Below are positions 1 to 9,034 of a DNA stretch of 64,000 bases, piece by piece. Position numbers and translations under genes: made by a program. The notes below the pieces were generated by a model. The model had not been told where the DNA came from. It did no database searches and worked only from the letters and a program-made list of their open reading frames with translations. Source of the DNA: an uncultured virus (IMG/VR IMGVR_UViG_3300009182_000047) (taxonomy: Duplodnaviria; Heunggongvirae; Uroviricota; Caudoviricetes); the IMG/VR virus record IMGVR_UViG_3300009182_000047, positions 1 to 64,000 of that record; one strand, 5' to 3'. Numbering within the stretch: the first letter of the stretch is position 1; each line of letters opens with the position of its first letter.

Positions 1-4
1 CAAA

Positions 5-628
5 ATGTTCTATACAAATTTACTAAATGATTATCCTACAGAGAATCCTTGGTATAGCGAACATTTAGAAGAAATTCTAAACGGTGAAGAGCCAAAGATT
101 GTACGCACAGGTTGGCCTATGGAATATATGTCTAACACATTAACTCCATACAAGGGAATGCCTAAACGTGATCTTATCTTGTTCCCGCATCGTATTGCAC
201 CCGAAAAGCAGGTCGAAATTTTCCGTGATTTAGCCACACAGCTGCCGCAATACGAATTTGTTGTTTGTCAGGATCAACAATTGGATAAACATGAATATCA
301 CAAGTTGTTAGGTCGTGCTAAGATTGTTTTCAGTGCCAATTTACAGGAAACACTTGGTATCAGTTGTTATGAAGGTGCATTGGTAGATGCCATTCCTATG
401 GTACCAGATCGATTATCATACAGTGAAATGTATTACGACGGATTTAAATATCCTAGCGAATGGACTGACAGTTATGCAGCGTATGAGGCATTTCGTCCAG
501 CACTGTGTCATAAAATTATACAGTATATGACCAATCATGAACAATTTGTATATCAGGTTCGTAAGCAGGCAACTAATTTAACAGAAAAGTTTTTTAGTGC
601 AGATAAGTTATTGGAGAATATTAAATGA
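5..628 (+). CDS. Glycosyltransferase, GT-B/GT4-like, C-terminal part (probably 5'-truncated by the window)
   Basis: FPHRIAPEKQ and ETLGISCYEG match the R..K and E-x7-E nucleotide-sugar-binding motifs of GT4-like enzymes. The frame is open back to the window edge. Confidence 0.7.
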   Translation: MFYTNLLNDYPTENPWYSEHLEEILNGEEPKIVRTGWPMEYMSNTLTPYKGMPKRDLILFPHRIAPEKQVEIFRDLATQLPQYEFVVCQDQQLDKHEYHKLLGRAKIVFSANLQETLGISCYEGALVDAIPMVPDRLSYSEMYYDGFKYPSEWTDSYAAYEAFRPALCHKIIQYMTNHEQFVYQVRKQATNLTEKFFSADKLLENIK

Positions 629-1083
629 AATGGTTTTTAAATTTTCTAGAACGTGTTGGTCGTAAACGTATTGTAATGGATAGACAAGAAAATGAACCTT
701 ACCTCGAACGCTACTATATTTTTCTTAAGGATCGAAAGCATTTCCCCTTTAATGTGTTCATTCACAAGTTTCTTAAGTCAGACCCCGATGATGTGCATGA
801 TCATCCATGGCCTTACGCTACGGTAATCTTAAAAGGTGGATACTACGAATGGAATCCAATCTTTGATGATGCAGGAAAGAAGATTGCAGAAACATGTACA
901 TGGCGCGGACCAGGTCACTTCCGTATTTGTAGCGCCACTAGCTATCATCGTATTGAGCTCGATCCCACAATAACAGCCTGGACCATGTTTATGCCGGGTC
1001 CTCAGAAACGTGAATGGGGATTCCTTGTCAATAACAAATGGGTACATAACGACACCTACTTAACAGAAAAAGCAAAAAAATGA
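625..1083 (+). CDS. Cupin-fold protein
   Basis: HDHPW...ILKGGYYE followed by a downstream YHRI, typical cupin metal-binding motifs. ATG overlaps the upstream stop. Confidence 0.6.
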   Translation: MKWFLNFLERVGRKRIVMDRQENEPYLERYYIFLKDRKHFPFNVFIHKFLKSDPDDVHDHPWPYATVILKGGYYEWNPIFDDAGKKIAETCTWRGPGHFRICSATSYHRIELDPTITAWTMFMPGPQKREWGFLVNNKWVHNDTYLTEKAKK

Positions 1084-1355
1084 ATAGTAAAGAAAAAGAA
1101 ATCCTTGATATTACACAAGAAGAATGTGCAGAGGTAATTGTTGCTATTAGTAAAATTAGTCGCTTTGGCCTGGATAATGTTAAGCCTAGCAAACCTAAAA
1201 CCAATAGAGAACATCTAGCAGAAGAATTAGGAGATCTACAGGCAATGATTGACCTATGTATTAAATTTAACCTAGTAGATAGCGAGCAAGTTAGTATTGC
1301 CGCAGATAACAAGATTGCTAAACTAAAGCAATGGTCAAGTATCTTTACTGATTAA
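1080..1355 (+). CDS. MazG-like nucleotide pyrophosphohydrolase
   Basis: QEECAEV...EELGDL (ExxE...ExxD) in a 91-aa helical protein. Confidence 0.75.
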   Translation: MNSKEKEILDITQEECAEVIVAISKISRFGLDNVKPSKPKTNREHLAEELGDLQAMIDLCIKFNLVDSEQVSIAADNKIAKLKQWSSIFTD

Positions 1356-2199
1356 ATTTAGTAATCAGTTGATCCGATAAGTCCATACAAGCCATCATTT
1401 TACATGGGGCAGGAACTTTAGGTAAATCAAGAGAACCGTCCCATATATTACCTAATTGAAGATTATTACAACTACTACCGCTTACCCAACCTCGATGAGA
1501 AATGACTAATTTCTCAATTCCTACGTTGCACAGCATTCCTGTATAAGATGGATTTGTTTGAATCTTTTCTTCAAATCGTTCTGCAAAAGTAGTTTCTTGA
1601 TGATGTTGATTTTCTTGTACAAGTTCTTCTCCGCGCATAATTCTTAGTTGCTGATCAGTATAATTATACATGCCCATAGATTGTTCAGCTTCGCGGTATA
1701 GTACATTCTTTGAAACAACAATTTCAAATTCTGTTTCTATGTCTAAGGCACGTTTTAAATCTTCACTAAAATAATCAGGTCGCATAGGTACCATAACATT
1801 AACATGTTTATTAGATTTACCAAATGCTTGTAATATGAAACGTATGAGATTAGGATTTTGCCAATAGTGATATGTTAAATTTAATGAATCAATATGTGGC
1901 TCAATTGCCCACCAGTCTAACCAAAGTTTGCCACCGTTGGTTGTTAGATTAATATTGCCGCCACGTTCTTTACATAACTTTAACATCATGGGAAAGTCAA
2001 ACATATCTAAAGGTTCGCCACCGTCGAATGTCCAATCAATTTTTCTACCTAGAGAATCGTAATGGTCTATAAGTTGGGTAGTGACTTGAACATAATCTAA
2101 TATACCTTTAGGTAGTTCTCCTCCCCAAAACTTAGTTGGGCAATAACTACAACCTGCTGTACAATAATCATGCAACATCCAATTAATCTGTGTTCTCAT
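1345..2199 (-). CDS. Radical SAM protein with C-terminal SPASM/twitch-like Cys cluster
   Basis: CTAGCSYC (CX3CX2C), GGEP, TTNG and C-terminal C..C..GNI..C..C. Start moved to ATG 2199, which has an upstream AAGGT. Confidence 0.85.
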   Translation of the reverse strand: MRTQINWMLHDYCTAGCSYCPTKFWGGELPKGILDYVQVTTQLIDHYDSLGRKIDWTFDGGEPLDMFDFPMMLKLCKERGGNINLTTNGGKLWLDWWAIEPHIDSLNLTYHYWQNPNLIRFILQAFGKSNKHVNVMVPMRPDYFSEDLKRALDIETEFEIVVSKNVLYREAEQSMGMYNYTDQQLRIMRGEELVQENQHHQETTFAERFEEKIQTNPSYTGMLCNVGIEKLVISHRGWVSGSSCNNLQLGNIWDGSLDLPKVPAPCKMMACMDLSDQLITKFNQ

Positions 2200-2216
2200 A
2201 TTTTTTACCTTTTTGC

Positions 2217-2244
2217 TTGACAAATCTAAATAAAAGTGTACAAT
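2217..2244 (+). promoter_or_regulatory. Sigma70-type promoter for queE and downstream genes
   Basis: TTGACA(2217-2222)-N16-TACAAT(2239-2244). Confidence 0.6.
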
Positions 2245-2274
2245 TACTTATCATACCAATAAAGGTCATTATTA

Positions 2275-3138
2275 ATGAGCAAAATTAAAGTATCCGAATT
2301 ATTTTACTCCATTCAAGGAGAAGGACGTTTTATGGGCGTCCCTAGTGTGTTTCTAAGAACATACGGCTGCAACTTTACCTGTCGGGGGTTTGGTATGCCG
2401 CGAGGTGAACTAAGCACAGAAGCAGACAAAGTTGCAGTGATGCATGCCATGCATCCATTTAAAGACTATAAAGAACTACCACTAGTAGGCACAGGTTGCG
2501 ACAGTTATGCAAGCTGGCATCCAGACTTTAAAGAATTAAGTCCGATGGTAGAAGTCGACGGACTTGCAAAGAACATTGTAGGCATATTGCCATTTGGTGA
2601 ATGGCGTGATGAACATTTGGTTATTACAGGTGGAGAGCCCTTGTTAGGTTGGCAACGTGCATATCCAGAATTGCTAGATCAACCTTGTATGCAGAACTTA
2701 AAAGAAATTACTTTTGAGACCAACGGTACAATGCGACTGACCAAAGACTTTAGACAATATCTACTTAATTGGACATTGGGCAGTAAGTCCAGAGGTAAGG
2801 ATGCACTTACATTCTCTATCAGTGCTAAACTGCCGTCTAGTGGTGAGCCGTGGGAGGATGCCATTAAGCCAGAAGTGGTATTAGCATATGAGGATGTTGG
2901 ACACGCATACCTTAAATTTGTTGTAGCAACAGAACAAGACATTGAAGATGCATTAAAGGCAATGCAACAATATCGCGATGCTGGATTTAAAGGCAATGTA
3001 TATCTAATGCCAGTTGGCGGTGTTGAAAGTGTATACAGCCTAAATAATAAAACAGTTGCATTGGCTGCAATGAAACACGGTCTCCGTTATAGTGATCGCT
3101 TGCAGGTGCCGTTGTTTAAGAATGAGTGGGGTACTTAA
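2275..3138 (+). CDS. queE: 7-carboxy-7-deazaguanine synthase (QueE-like radical SAM)
   Basis: ELFYSIQGEG..G.PSVFLR..GCN, ITGGEP, ETNGT, LKFVV, YLMP and the C-terminal RLQ are QueE hallmarks. Confidence 0.85.
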   Translation: MSKIKVSELFYSIQGEGRFMGVPSVFLRTYGCNFTCRGFGMPRGELSTEADKVAVMHAMHPFKDYKELPLVGTGCDSYASWHPDFKELSPMVEVDGLAKNIVGILPFGEWRDEHLVITGGEPLLGWQRAYPELLDQPCMQNLKEITFETNGTMRLTKDFRQYLLNWTLGSKSRGKDALTFSISAKLPSSGEPWEDAIKPEVVLAYEDVGHAYLKFVVATEQDIEDALKAMQQYRDAGFKGNVYLMPVGGVESVYSLNNKTVALAAMKHGLRYSDRLQVPLFKNEWGT

Positions 3139-3139
3139 T

Positions 3140-3565
3140 ATGAATAAATTTTTAAAGAAACTATTCGGAATAGATAAAATTGAAGCAGAGGCCGTAGAAG
3201 CTGTTCGAACAAAAATTGAAGCAGAAGCGGCTGCTGAATCTGCCAGAGAAGCTGCTCGAGTAGTAAGTCTGTCTCCAAAAGAGATTGCTACAGAAAAGAA
3301 AGAGCCTTGGGTAGCTGTATTAGATACTCATGTCAATAAAGACAACATTAAAAACGGATTCTTTGAACTTGACTGGAACGAGTACTTTGTGTTACAATTA
3401 AGGGAAGCTGGATACAAAGGTGATTCAGAAGAAGCTGTTGTAGATGCTTGGTTTGGAGAACTTTGCAGAAATGTTGGCAACGAAGCAGGTGTTAATATGA
3501 ATCAGCGTGGTGCTGGATATATTAATGTAAATAATTTAGGCGATGGAAGAACTGAGGTTTCTTAA
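3140..3565 (+). CDS. Hypothetical phage protein
   Basis: ATG 1 nt after the queE stop. C-terminal GFFELDWN region. The stop overlaps the next start (TAATG). Confidence 0.7.
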   Translation: MNKFLKKLFGIDKIEAEAVEAVRTKIEAEAAAESAREAARVVSLSPKEIATEKKEPWVAVLDTHVNKDNIKNGFFELDWNEYFVLQLREAGYKGDSEEAVVDAWFGELCRNVGNEAGVNMNQRGAGYINVNNLGDGRTEVS

Positions 3566-4557
3566 TGAGCAAAACGTATATTCTCGTAGATACTGCAAAT
3601 ACATTTTTTAGAGCTAGGCACGTTATTCGTGGTACTTTAGATGACAAAGTAGGAATGAGTATTTCAACTGTACTCAGCAGTGTGAGAAAAGCATGGCGTG
3701 AATTTAATGGTAGCCATGTGGTGTTCTTCTTAGAGGGACGTAGCTGGCGTAAGGACTTTTATGCTCCATATAAACGACAACGCACAGAAGCTCGTGCGGC
3801 ACAAAGCCCACGTGAAGCAGAAGAAGATCGTGTATTTTGGGAAACGTTTGATCAGTTTAAAGATTTTATCAATACTAAAACAAACTGCACAGTCCTGCAA
3901 CACCCCAACTTGGAAGCTGATGATTTAATTGCAGGTTGGATACAGAGTCATACAGAAGACACGCACGTGATCATTAGTACAGATGGCGACTTTGCACAAT
4001 TGATTGCACCTAACGTGAAACAATATAATGGTGTAATGCAGATTACAACTACACATGAAGGGTACTTCGATGAAAAAGGTAAGCGTGTCGTTGATAAGAA
4101 AACTATGTTGCCAAAGCCCGAACCGGACCCAACTTGGCTACTCTTTGAGAAGTGTATGCGTGGCGATACCTCTGACAACATCTTTTCTGCCTATCCGGGA
4201 GTGCGTGAAAAAGGCACAAAAAATAAGATTGGTCTCCGTGAAGCCTTCGCTGACAGAAACTCAAAAGGATATTCTTGGAACAATATGATGTTGCAGAAGT
4301 GGACCGACCATGAAGGCGTCGAACATAGAGTAATTGACGACTATACTCGAAATGTTAAACTGTGCGATCTTACTGCACAGCCAGATGATGTAAAAGTACA
4401 AATGGCAGAGACTATCGCTGCCGCAATTACCGCAGAAAAGAACATTCCGCAAGTGGGTGTCCGTTTGCTAAAGTACTGTGCCGAATATGATCTGCCAAAA
4501 ATTAGCGAACAGATTACAACTTATGCAGAACCACTCAATGCAAGATATACAGCATAA
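3565..4557 (+). CDS. rnh: T4 RNase H-like 5'-3' exonuclease (FEN family)
   Basis: ILVD..N, SWRK....YK..R, EADD, IISTDGDF.QL and GD.SDNI...PG motifs. Confidence 0.9.
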   Translation: MSKTYILVDTANTFFRARHVIRGTLDDKVGMSISTVLSSVRKAWREFNGSHVVFFLEGRSWRKDFYAPYKRQRTEARAAQSPREAEEDRVFWETFDQFKDFINTKTNCTVLQHPNLEADDLIAGWIQSHTEDTHVIISTDGDFAQLIAPNVKQYNGVMQITTTHEGYFDEKGKRVVDKKTMLPKPEPDPTWLLFEKCMRGDTSDNIFSAYPGVREKGTKNKIGLREAFADRNSKGYSWNNMMLQKWTDHEGVEHRVIDDYTRNVKLCDLTAQPDDVKVQMAETIAAAITAEKNIPQVGVRLLKYCAEYDLPKISEQITTYAEPLNARYTA

Positions 4558-4567
4558 AGGAGATACT

Positions 4568-5053
4568 ATGAACTTTATATCCAAAACAGTAATACCCAAC
4601 AAAGAATGGATCATCGAGGGGCAAGGTGAAAAGATCGGCTCCGTTGCAAAACTCAAAAAAGGCTATGAATTTTTTAGGCATGGTCAAAGACTAGGCGTTA
4701 AAGATTTGAAAGAACTTACCAAACAGTTCGGCGATAATCTTTTTACAGAAAAGAAGATTCCTAAATTTGAGATTGAACCGCTTACACATAGAATTTACGA
4801 CTTTCCTTGTAGCTCAAAGCCGTTTGAAGCAGTGTATAATGTTAAGAAAAAACTGCCGCTATTTGCCAAAAGTGCAAAAAGTAAAAGTCAATACTGTGCT
4901 GGTTACTATGTAATTAAATTCCGTAAAGGATGGGTTAAGAGTTTTTGCCCAAAGTTAATTACATTAGAACGCTATCCGTTTAGCGGTCCTTATAAAACAG
5001 AAGCAGAAATGAAAACTGTTTTAAATACCGTAAATAAAAATGAAACAACTTAA
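4568..5053 (+). CDS. Hypothetical phage protein
   Basis: AAGGAG Shine-Dalgarno before ATG 4568. Basic protein. Confidence 0.7.
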   Translation: MNFISKTVIPNKEWIIEGQGEKIGSVAKLKKGYEFFRHGQRLGVKDLKELTKQFGDNLFTEKKIPKFEIEPLTHRIYDFPCSSKPFEAVYNVKKKLPLFAKSAKSKSQYCAGYYVIKFRKGWVKSFCPKLITLERYPFSGPYKTEAEMKTVLNTVNKNETT

Positions 5054-5264
5054 CACACTGCCTATAGAAGATTTCTTAGATAAGGCCAGGATTGCTAGAA
5101 AAAGTAATCAAAAATCGCTAACACTGACTCCAAAAGAATTTACAGATCTAGCCGATAGCATTAGTACGGTTATGACTAGGTTGTCCGGAAATCTTGATCA
5201 AACATTGAGTGATAATCAGTTGCCCGATGTTATTACTGTCAAAATGGACGGTGGCAAATTCTAA
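5040..5264 (+). CDS. Hypothetical protein
   Basis: 74-aa ORF in operon context, ending MDGGKF. Confidence 0.6.
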   Translation: MKQLNTLPIEDFLDKARIARKSNQKSLTLTPKEFTDLADSISTVMTRLSGNLDQTLSDNQLPDVITVKMDGGKF

Positions 5265-5306
5265 ATAACCTGCTAAATATATACGCACTTTTCGGAGAAC
5301 GTATAT

Positions 5307-5606
5307 ATGAGCAGACCAAAACCCAAAGTTTTATTGGAAATAACAAACAAGAAGTCTTACAAAACTGATCAAGTTTTGGAATCTGATGCCATTTGGGCAG
5401 TGTTTTATCAAGATAAACCGATTAATTTAAAAACCACCAGTGTAGTTGCACAGCAGTTGGGTCCAAAGTATAAAAAAGTTAGTTTCTCAAATAGCGGCCA
5501 TGCGTTTAATCTATCAGAAAAACTAAACAAACTTTTCAGTACTACAGACTTTTCAGTGTATAAACTAACCACTGGCGACAAAGTCGCAGATGAATCCCAA
5601 GTATGA
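5307..5606 (+). CDS. Hypothetical phage protein
   Basis: GGAG SD. Two CTAAATA late-promoter-like boxes upstream (5261, 5273). Confidence 0.7.
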   Translation: MSRPKPKVLLEITNKKSYKTDQVLESDAIWAVFYQDKPINLKTTSVVAQQLGPKYKKVSFSNSGHAFNLSEKLNKLFSTTDFSVYKLTTGDKVADESQV

Positions 5607-5979
5607 AATAACCAAAGCTGTTCTAGAAAGTCTAGGATTACCTGCTGACGAGAAACGGGTCAAAAAAACAATTCCAACTTGGTGGCAAAATCCAAGAAGC
5701 AAAGACACCGGCGGACTCCGCTTAACAGATCAAGGCTTTGAGTGCCTTAAAAAAGCCGATATCAAAAGCTACGAAGTCAAATTTGACGAGCCTATTGTCT
5801 ATACAAATCAATTGGCCATTTGGATAGACCAGAACATAGACTGTCCGTTTTATATTACTAAAAAAGCCATACACGTATTCAGTGAAAAAATGGCTGTCCA
5901 ATTAGTGTTGTTTTCTGGCAACATTGCCAAATTTCATAGAGCACGAAAAAGATTTGCAGAAAAAGACAAAAACTCTTGA
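5590..5979 (+). CDS. Hypothetical phage protein
   Basis: 129-aa ORF overlapping the upstream gene, in operon context. Confidence 0.65.
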   Translation: MNPKYEITKAVLESLGLPADEKRVKKTIPTWWQNPRSKDTGGLRLTDQGFECLKKADIKSYEVKFDEPIVYTNQLAIWIDQNIDCPFYITKKAIHVFSEKMAVQLVLFSGNIAKFHRARKRFAEKDKNS

Positions 5980-6004
5980 CAATATAGGAAAAGTTTGCTA
6001 TAAT
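5976..6004 (+). promoter_or_regulatory. Consensus sigma70 early promoter
   Basis: TTGACA-N17-TATAAT, with TG at the extended -10 position. Confidence 0.85.
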
Positions 6005-6054
6005 TAACATACTGTAAAACATACAGCTCCACAGTTTTTTAAAGAAAGCACTTT

Positions 6055-7137
6055 ATGTCAAAAGAGATGTCAGCAAATCGTACAGTTAGCCCAAACGAAG
6101 CTAAAGCCGCAATCCGCAAATGTATGAAAAAACAACGCCCTGTTTTTATGTGGGGCCCTCCCGGTATTGGTAAATCCGATATTGTTAAACAGCTCGGTGC
6201 TGAACAAGATCGTAATGTGATTGATGTTCGATTGAGTCTTTGGGAACCTACTGATATCAAAGGTATTCCATTTTACAATGCCAATCTGGGTACAATGAGC
6301 TGGGCTCCTCCGCTCGAGTTTCCTCAAGATCCAGAAGATACTTCCATCCTGTTCTTAGATGAATTGAACAGTGCGGCTCCTGCAACACAGGCAGCGGCTT
6401 ATCAGTTGATCCTAAACCGTCGTGTTGGTACATATGTTTTGCCAAAAGGTGTAACAATTGTTGCCGCTGGTAACCGTGAAGCAGACAAAGGCGTTACTTA
6501 TCGTATGCCTGCTCCGTTGGCTAACCGTTTCCTGCACGTTGAACTCCGTAGCGATTTTGAAGACTGGCATACTTGGGCTGTAAGCAATCGCATCCATGAA
6601 CAGGTTGTTGGTTATTTGGGTTTTGCCAAGCAAGACTTGTATGACTTTGATCCAAAGAGCACCAGCAAGGCATTTGCTACACCACGTAGCTGGAGTTTTG
6701 TTAGTGAATTGGTGGAAGAAGATGACGTCTCCGATAGCACTTTGACTGATTTGATTGCAGGTGCAGTCGGTGAAGGTTTGGCAGTTAAGTTTATGGCACA
6801 CCGCAAGGTAGCAAAACAAATGCCTAAGCCAGAAGACATTTTGTCTGGCAAAGTTAAGAAGACTGAGATTAAAGAAATCTCCGCTATGTATTCTTTGACA
6901 ATTAGCCTGTGCTACGAGCTCCAAGAAGCTGATCGCAAGAAGGCTAAGGATTGGGATATTATGGCAGACAACTTCTTTGGCTACATGATGGATAATTTCC
7001 CAACCGAATTGGTTGTCATGGGTGCTAAGGTTGCGTTAACTAACTATCAATTGCCGTTTGATGCTAGCAAGTTGAAGAACTTTGACAAGTTCCACGACAA
7101 ATACGGTAAGTACATTATCCAAGCAATGGAAGGTTAA
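6055..7137 (+). CDS. MoxR-family AAA+ ATPase
   Basis: Walker A GPPGIGKS, Walker B LFLDE, AAGNR sensor, LANRF arginine finger, TPRSW. Confidence 0.9.
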   Translation: MSKEMSANRTVSPNEAKAAIRKCMKKQRPVFMWGPPGIGKSDIVKQLGAEQDRNVIDVRLSLWEPTDIKGIPFYNANLGTMSWAPPLEFPQDPEDTSILFLDELNSAAPATQAAAYQLILNRRVGTYVLPKGVTIVAAGNREADKGVTYRMPAPLANRFLHVELRSDFEDWHTWAVSNRIHEQVVGYLGFAKQDLYDFDPKSTSKAFATPRSWSFVSELVEEDDVSDSTLTDLIAGAVGEGLAVKFMAHRKVAKQMPKPEDILSGKVKKTEIKEISAMYSLTISLCYELQEADRKKAKDWDIMADNFFGYMMDNFPTELVVMGAKVALTNYQLPFDASKLKNFDKFHDKYGKYIIQAMEG

Positions 7138-7141
7138 AATT

Positions 7142-7163
7142 GGACCCTACGGGGTCCTTTTTT
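7142..7163 (+). terminator. Rho-independent terminator
   Basis: GGACCC-TACG-GGGTCC followed by T6 (cUACGg tetraloop). Confidence 0.85.
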
Positions 7164-7165
7164 AC

Positions 7166-7194
7166 TTGCTCTTTGAACTAAATGAGTGTATAAT
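7166..7194 (+). promoter_or_regulatory. Sigma70-type promoter for the vWA gene
   Basis: TTGCTC-N17-TATAAT immediately after the terminator. AAGGAG SD downstream. Confidence 0.65.
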
Positions 7195-7218
7195 TAATTA
7201 TTGTAATAAGGAGTTTAT

Positions 7219-8478
7219 ATGTCTAGTGTAATGAAAGCAGAAAAAACAAAAAAGCAAGATTGGGTCGGTAAGGAATTTACTGCCGCTGAGAAAGCTAAAA
7301 TTCTTGACAAGCTGATTACAGCCCGTGTGGGTCTGTTGCTTCGTCATCCATTCTTTGGCAACTTGGCAACCCGTATGAAGCTGATTGATGCATCTGACTG
7401 GTGCCATACACTGGCAACAGATGGTCGCAATTTTTACTTCAATTATGGTTTTGTAAATAAGCTCACTCCTAAAGAAGCAGAGTTTGGTTTTGCACACGAA
7501 GTCTTACATAATGTGTTTGATCACATGGGACGCCGTGATGGACGAGATCCTCAGTTGTCAAACATTGCCGCTGACTATGCTACTAACCAAATCCTTAAAG
7601 ATGAACGAATTGGTACGGTGCCAAGTTTTATTAAAATCTTTCAGGATGACAAATATCGTGGCAAGAGCTATGAAGAAATTTATAATGACCTTTACGAGAA
7701 AGCCGAAAAGATCGATCTCAGTGATCTAGGTGAATTGTTGGACGAACATTTAGACGGTGAAGGCGATGGAGATAGTGACGGAGAAGACGGTGATGAAAAA
7801 GAAGGCAAAGGTCGTCCTAAACTGACTGCTGAAGAAAAGAAGCAGATCCGTGATGAGATCAAAGAAGCTATGGTGGCGGCCGCTCAGGCAGCAGGTGCAG
7901 GCAAAGTGCCAGCAGGCGTCCAACGTATGATCAAAGACTTCACTGAGCCTAAAATGGATTGGCGTCAGCTGTTGCGTATGAATATACAAAGTATTCTTAA
8001 GAGCAACTTCAGCTTCAGCCGCCCTAACCGCAAGTCACAGCACTGCGGCGCTATCTTGCCAGGCATGATGAACGAAGAAACTATTGATGTATCTGTGGCA
8101 ATTGACATGTCAGGTTCTATTAGCGATGCAATGGCTAAAGACTTTATCAGTGAAGTTAAAGGCATCATGGACGAGTACCAGGACTTTAAATTGGACTTGT
8201 TCTGCTTTGATACAGAAGTATATAACTATGCTCAATTTACAGCTGATAATGCTGACGAGATTATGAGCTATGAATGTAAGGGCGGTGGCGGTACTGACTT
8301 TGATGCTTGCTATGAATTTATGAAGGCAGAAGGTATTGAGCCAAAACGTTTCATTATGTTTACAGACGGTTATCCTTGCGGTAGTTGGGGCGACGAAGAT
8401 TACTGCGAAAGCCTGTTTGTAATTCACGGTAACGAATCTATCGTTTCTCCGTTCGGTCAGACAGCCTATTATAAATAA
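7219..8478 (+). CDS. Metallopeptidase-like (HExxH) + vWA domain protein (DUF2201-type MoxR partner)
   Basis: ATDG, HEVLH, an acidic linker, MIDAS DMSGS, GGGTDF and FTDG. Confidence 0.85.
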   Translation: MSSVMKAEKTKKQDWVGKEFTAAEKAKILDKLITARVGLLLRHPFFGNLATRMKLIDASDWCHTLATDGRNFYFNYGFVNKLTPKEAEFGFAHEVLHNVFDHMGRRDGRDPQLSNIAADYATNQILKDERIGTVPSFIKIFQDDKYRGKSYEEIYNDLYEKAEKIDLSDLGELLDEHLDGEGDGDSDGEDGDEKEGKGRPKLTAEEKKQIRDEIKEAMVAAAQAAGAGKVPAGVQRMIKDFTEPKMDWRQLLRMNIQSILKSNFSFSRPNRKSQHCGAILPGMMNEETIDVSVAIDMSGSISDAMAKDFISEVKGIMDEYQDFKLDLFCFDTEVYNYAQFTADNADEIMSYECKGGGGTDFDACYEFMKAEGIEPKRFIMFTDGYPCGSWGDEDYCESLFVIHGNESIVSPFGQTAYYK

Positions 8479-8490
8479 AGTAGGTACATT

Positions 8491-8781
8491 ATGTCGCTAA
8501 ATAGAGGGACAGTTAATGCGTTAGGTGTGCTAGGATTTAGGAAGGTTCCTTTTATCCCAGCACACTTTTCCAAACTCTCTATTGATCATAGGATAGATAT
8601 CAAGGCTATAGAACACTGGATCGAATATAACTTAAACAGTAGATATTCAATTAAGATGAACTATAAACTTGATTATGCTAGGAAAGTCATAGAAGTCACA
8701 GAAATTGGCTTAGAGGATCCTAAAGAACTAACTATGTTATCACTAGGGTGCCAATACTTACATAAGAAAAAGGAATTTTAA
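8491..8781 (+). CDS. Hypothetical protein
   Basis: TATAAATA (T4 late consensus) at 8470-8477 upstream. AGGT SD. Confidence 0.6.
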   Translation: MSLNRGTVNALGVLGFRKVPFIPAHFSKLSIDHRIDIKAIEHWIEYNLNSRYSIKMNYKLDYARKVIEVTEIGLEDPKELTMLSLGCQYLHKKKEF

Positions 8782-8782
8782 A

Positions 8783-9022
8783 ATGGAAAATCAAGAACAA
8801 GCACAAATGGAAGCTCCAGCAGTCGGCGGAGAGACTCCAGCACCTGCACCGGAACTAACAATCACCGATTTGGCAAATCTTCGCTCAATCGTAGATGTTG
8901 CAGTTCGTCGTGGTGCGTTTGGTGCATCAGAAGTTTCAGCGGTTGGTGCCGCTTTTGATAGATTAAACACATTCTTGAATGTTGTTAATCCACCTAAAGC
9001 AGATACACCTCCAGCACAATAA
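8783..9022 (+). CDS. Hypothetical phage protein
   Basis: AAGGA SD. Helical core LTITDL...IVDVA..RGAF. Confidence 0.7.
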   Translation: MENQEQAQMEAPAVGGETPAPAPELTITDLANLRSIVDVAVRRGAFGASEVSAVGAAFDRLNTFLNVVNPPKADTPPAQ

Positions 9023-9034
9023 AAGGAGAATCGC

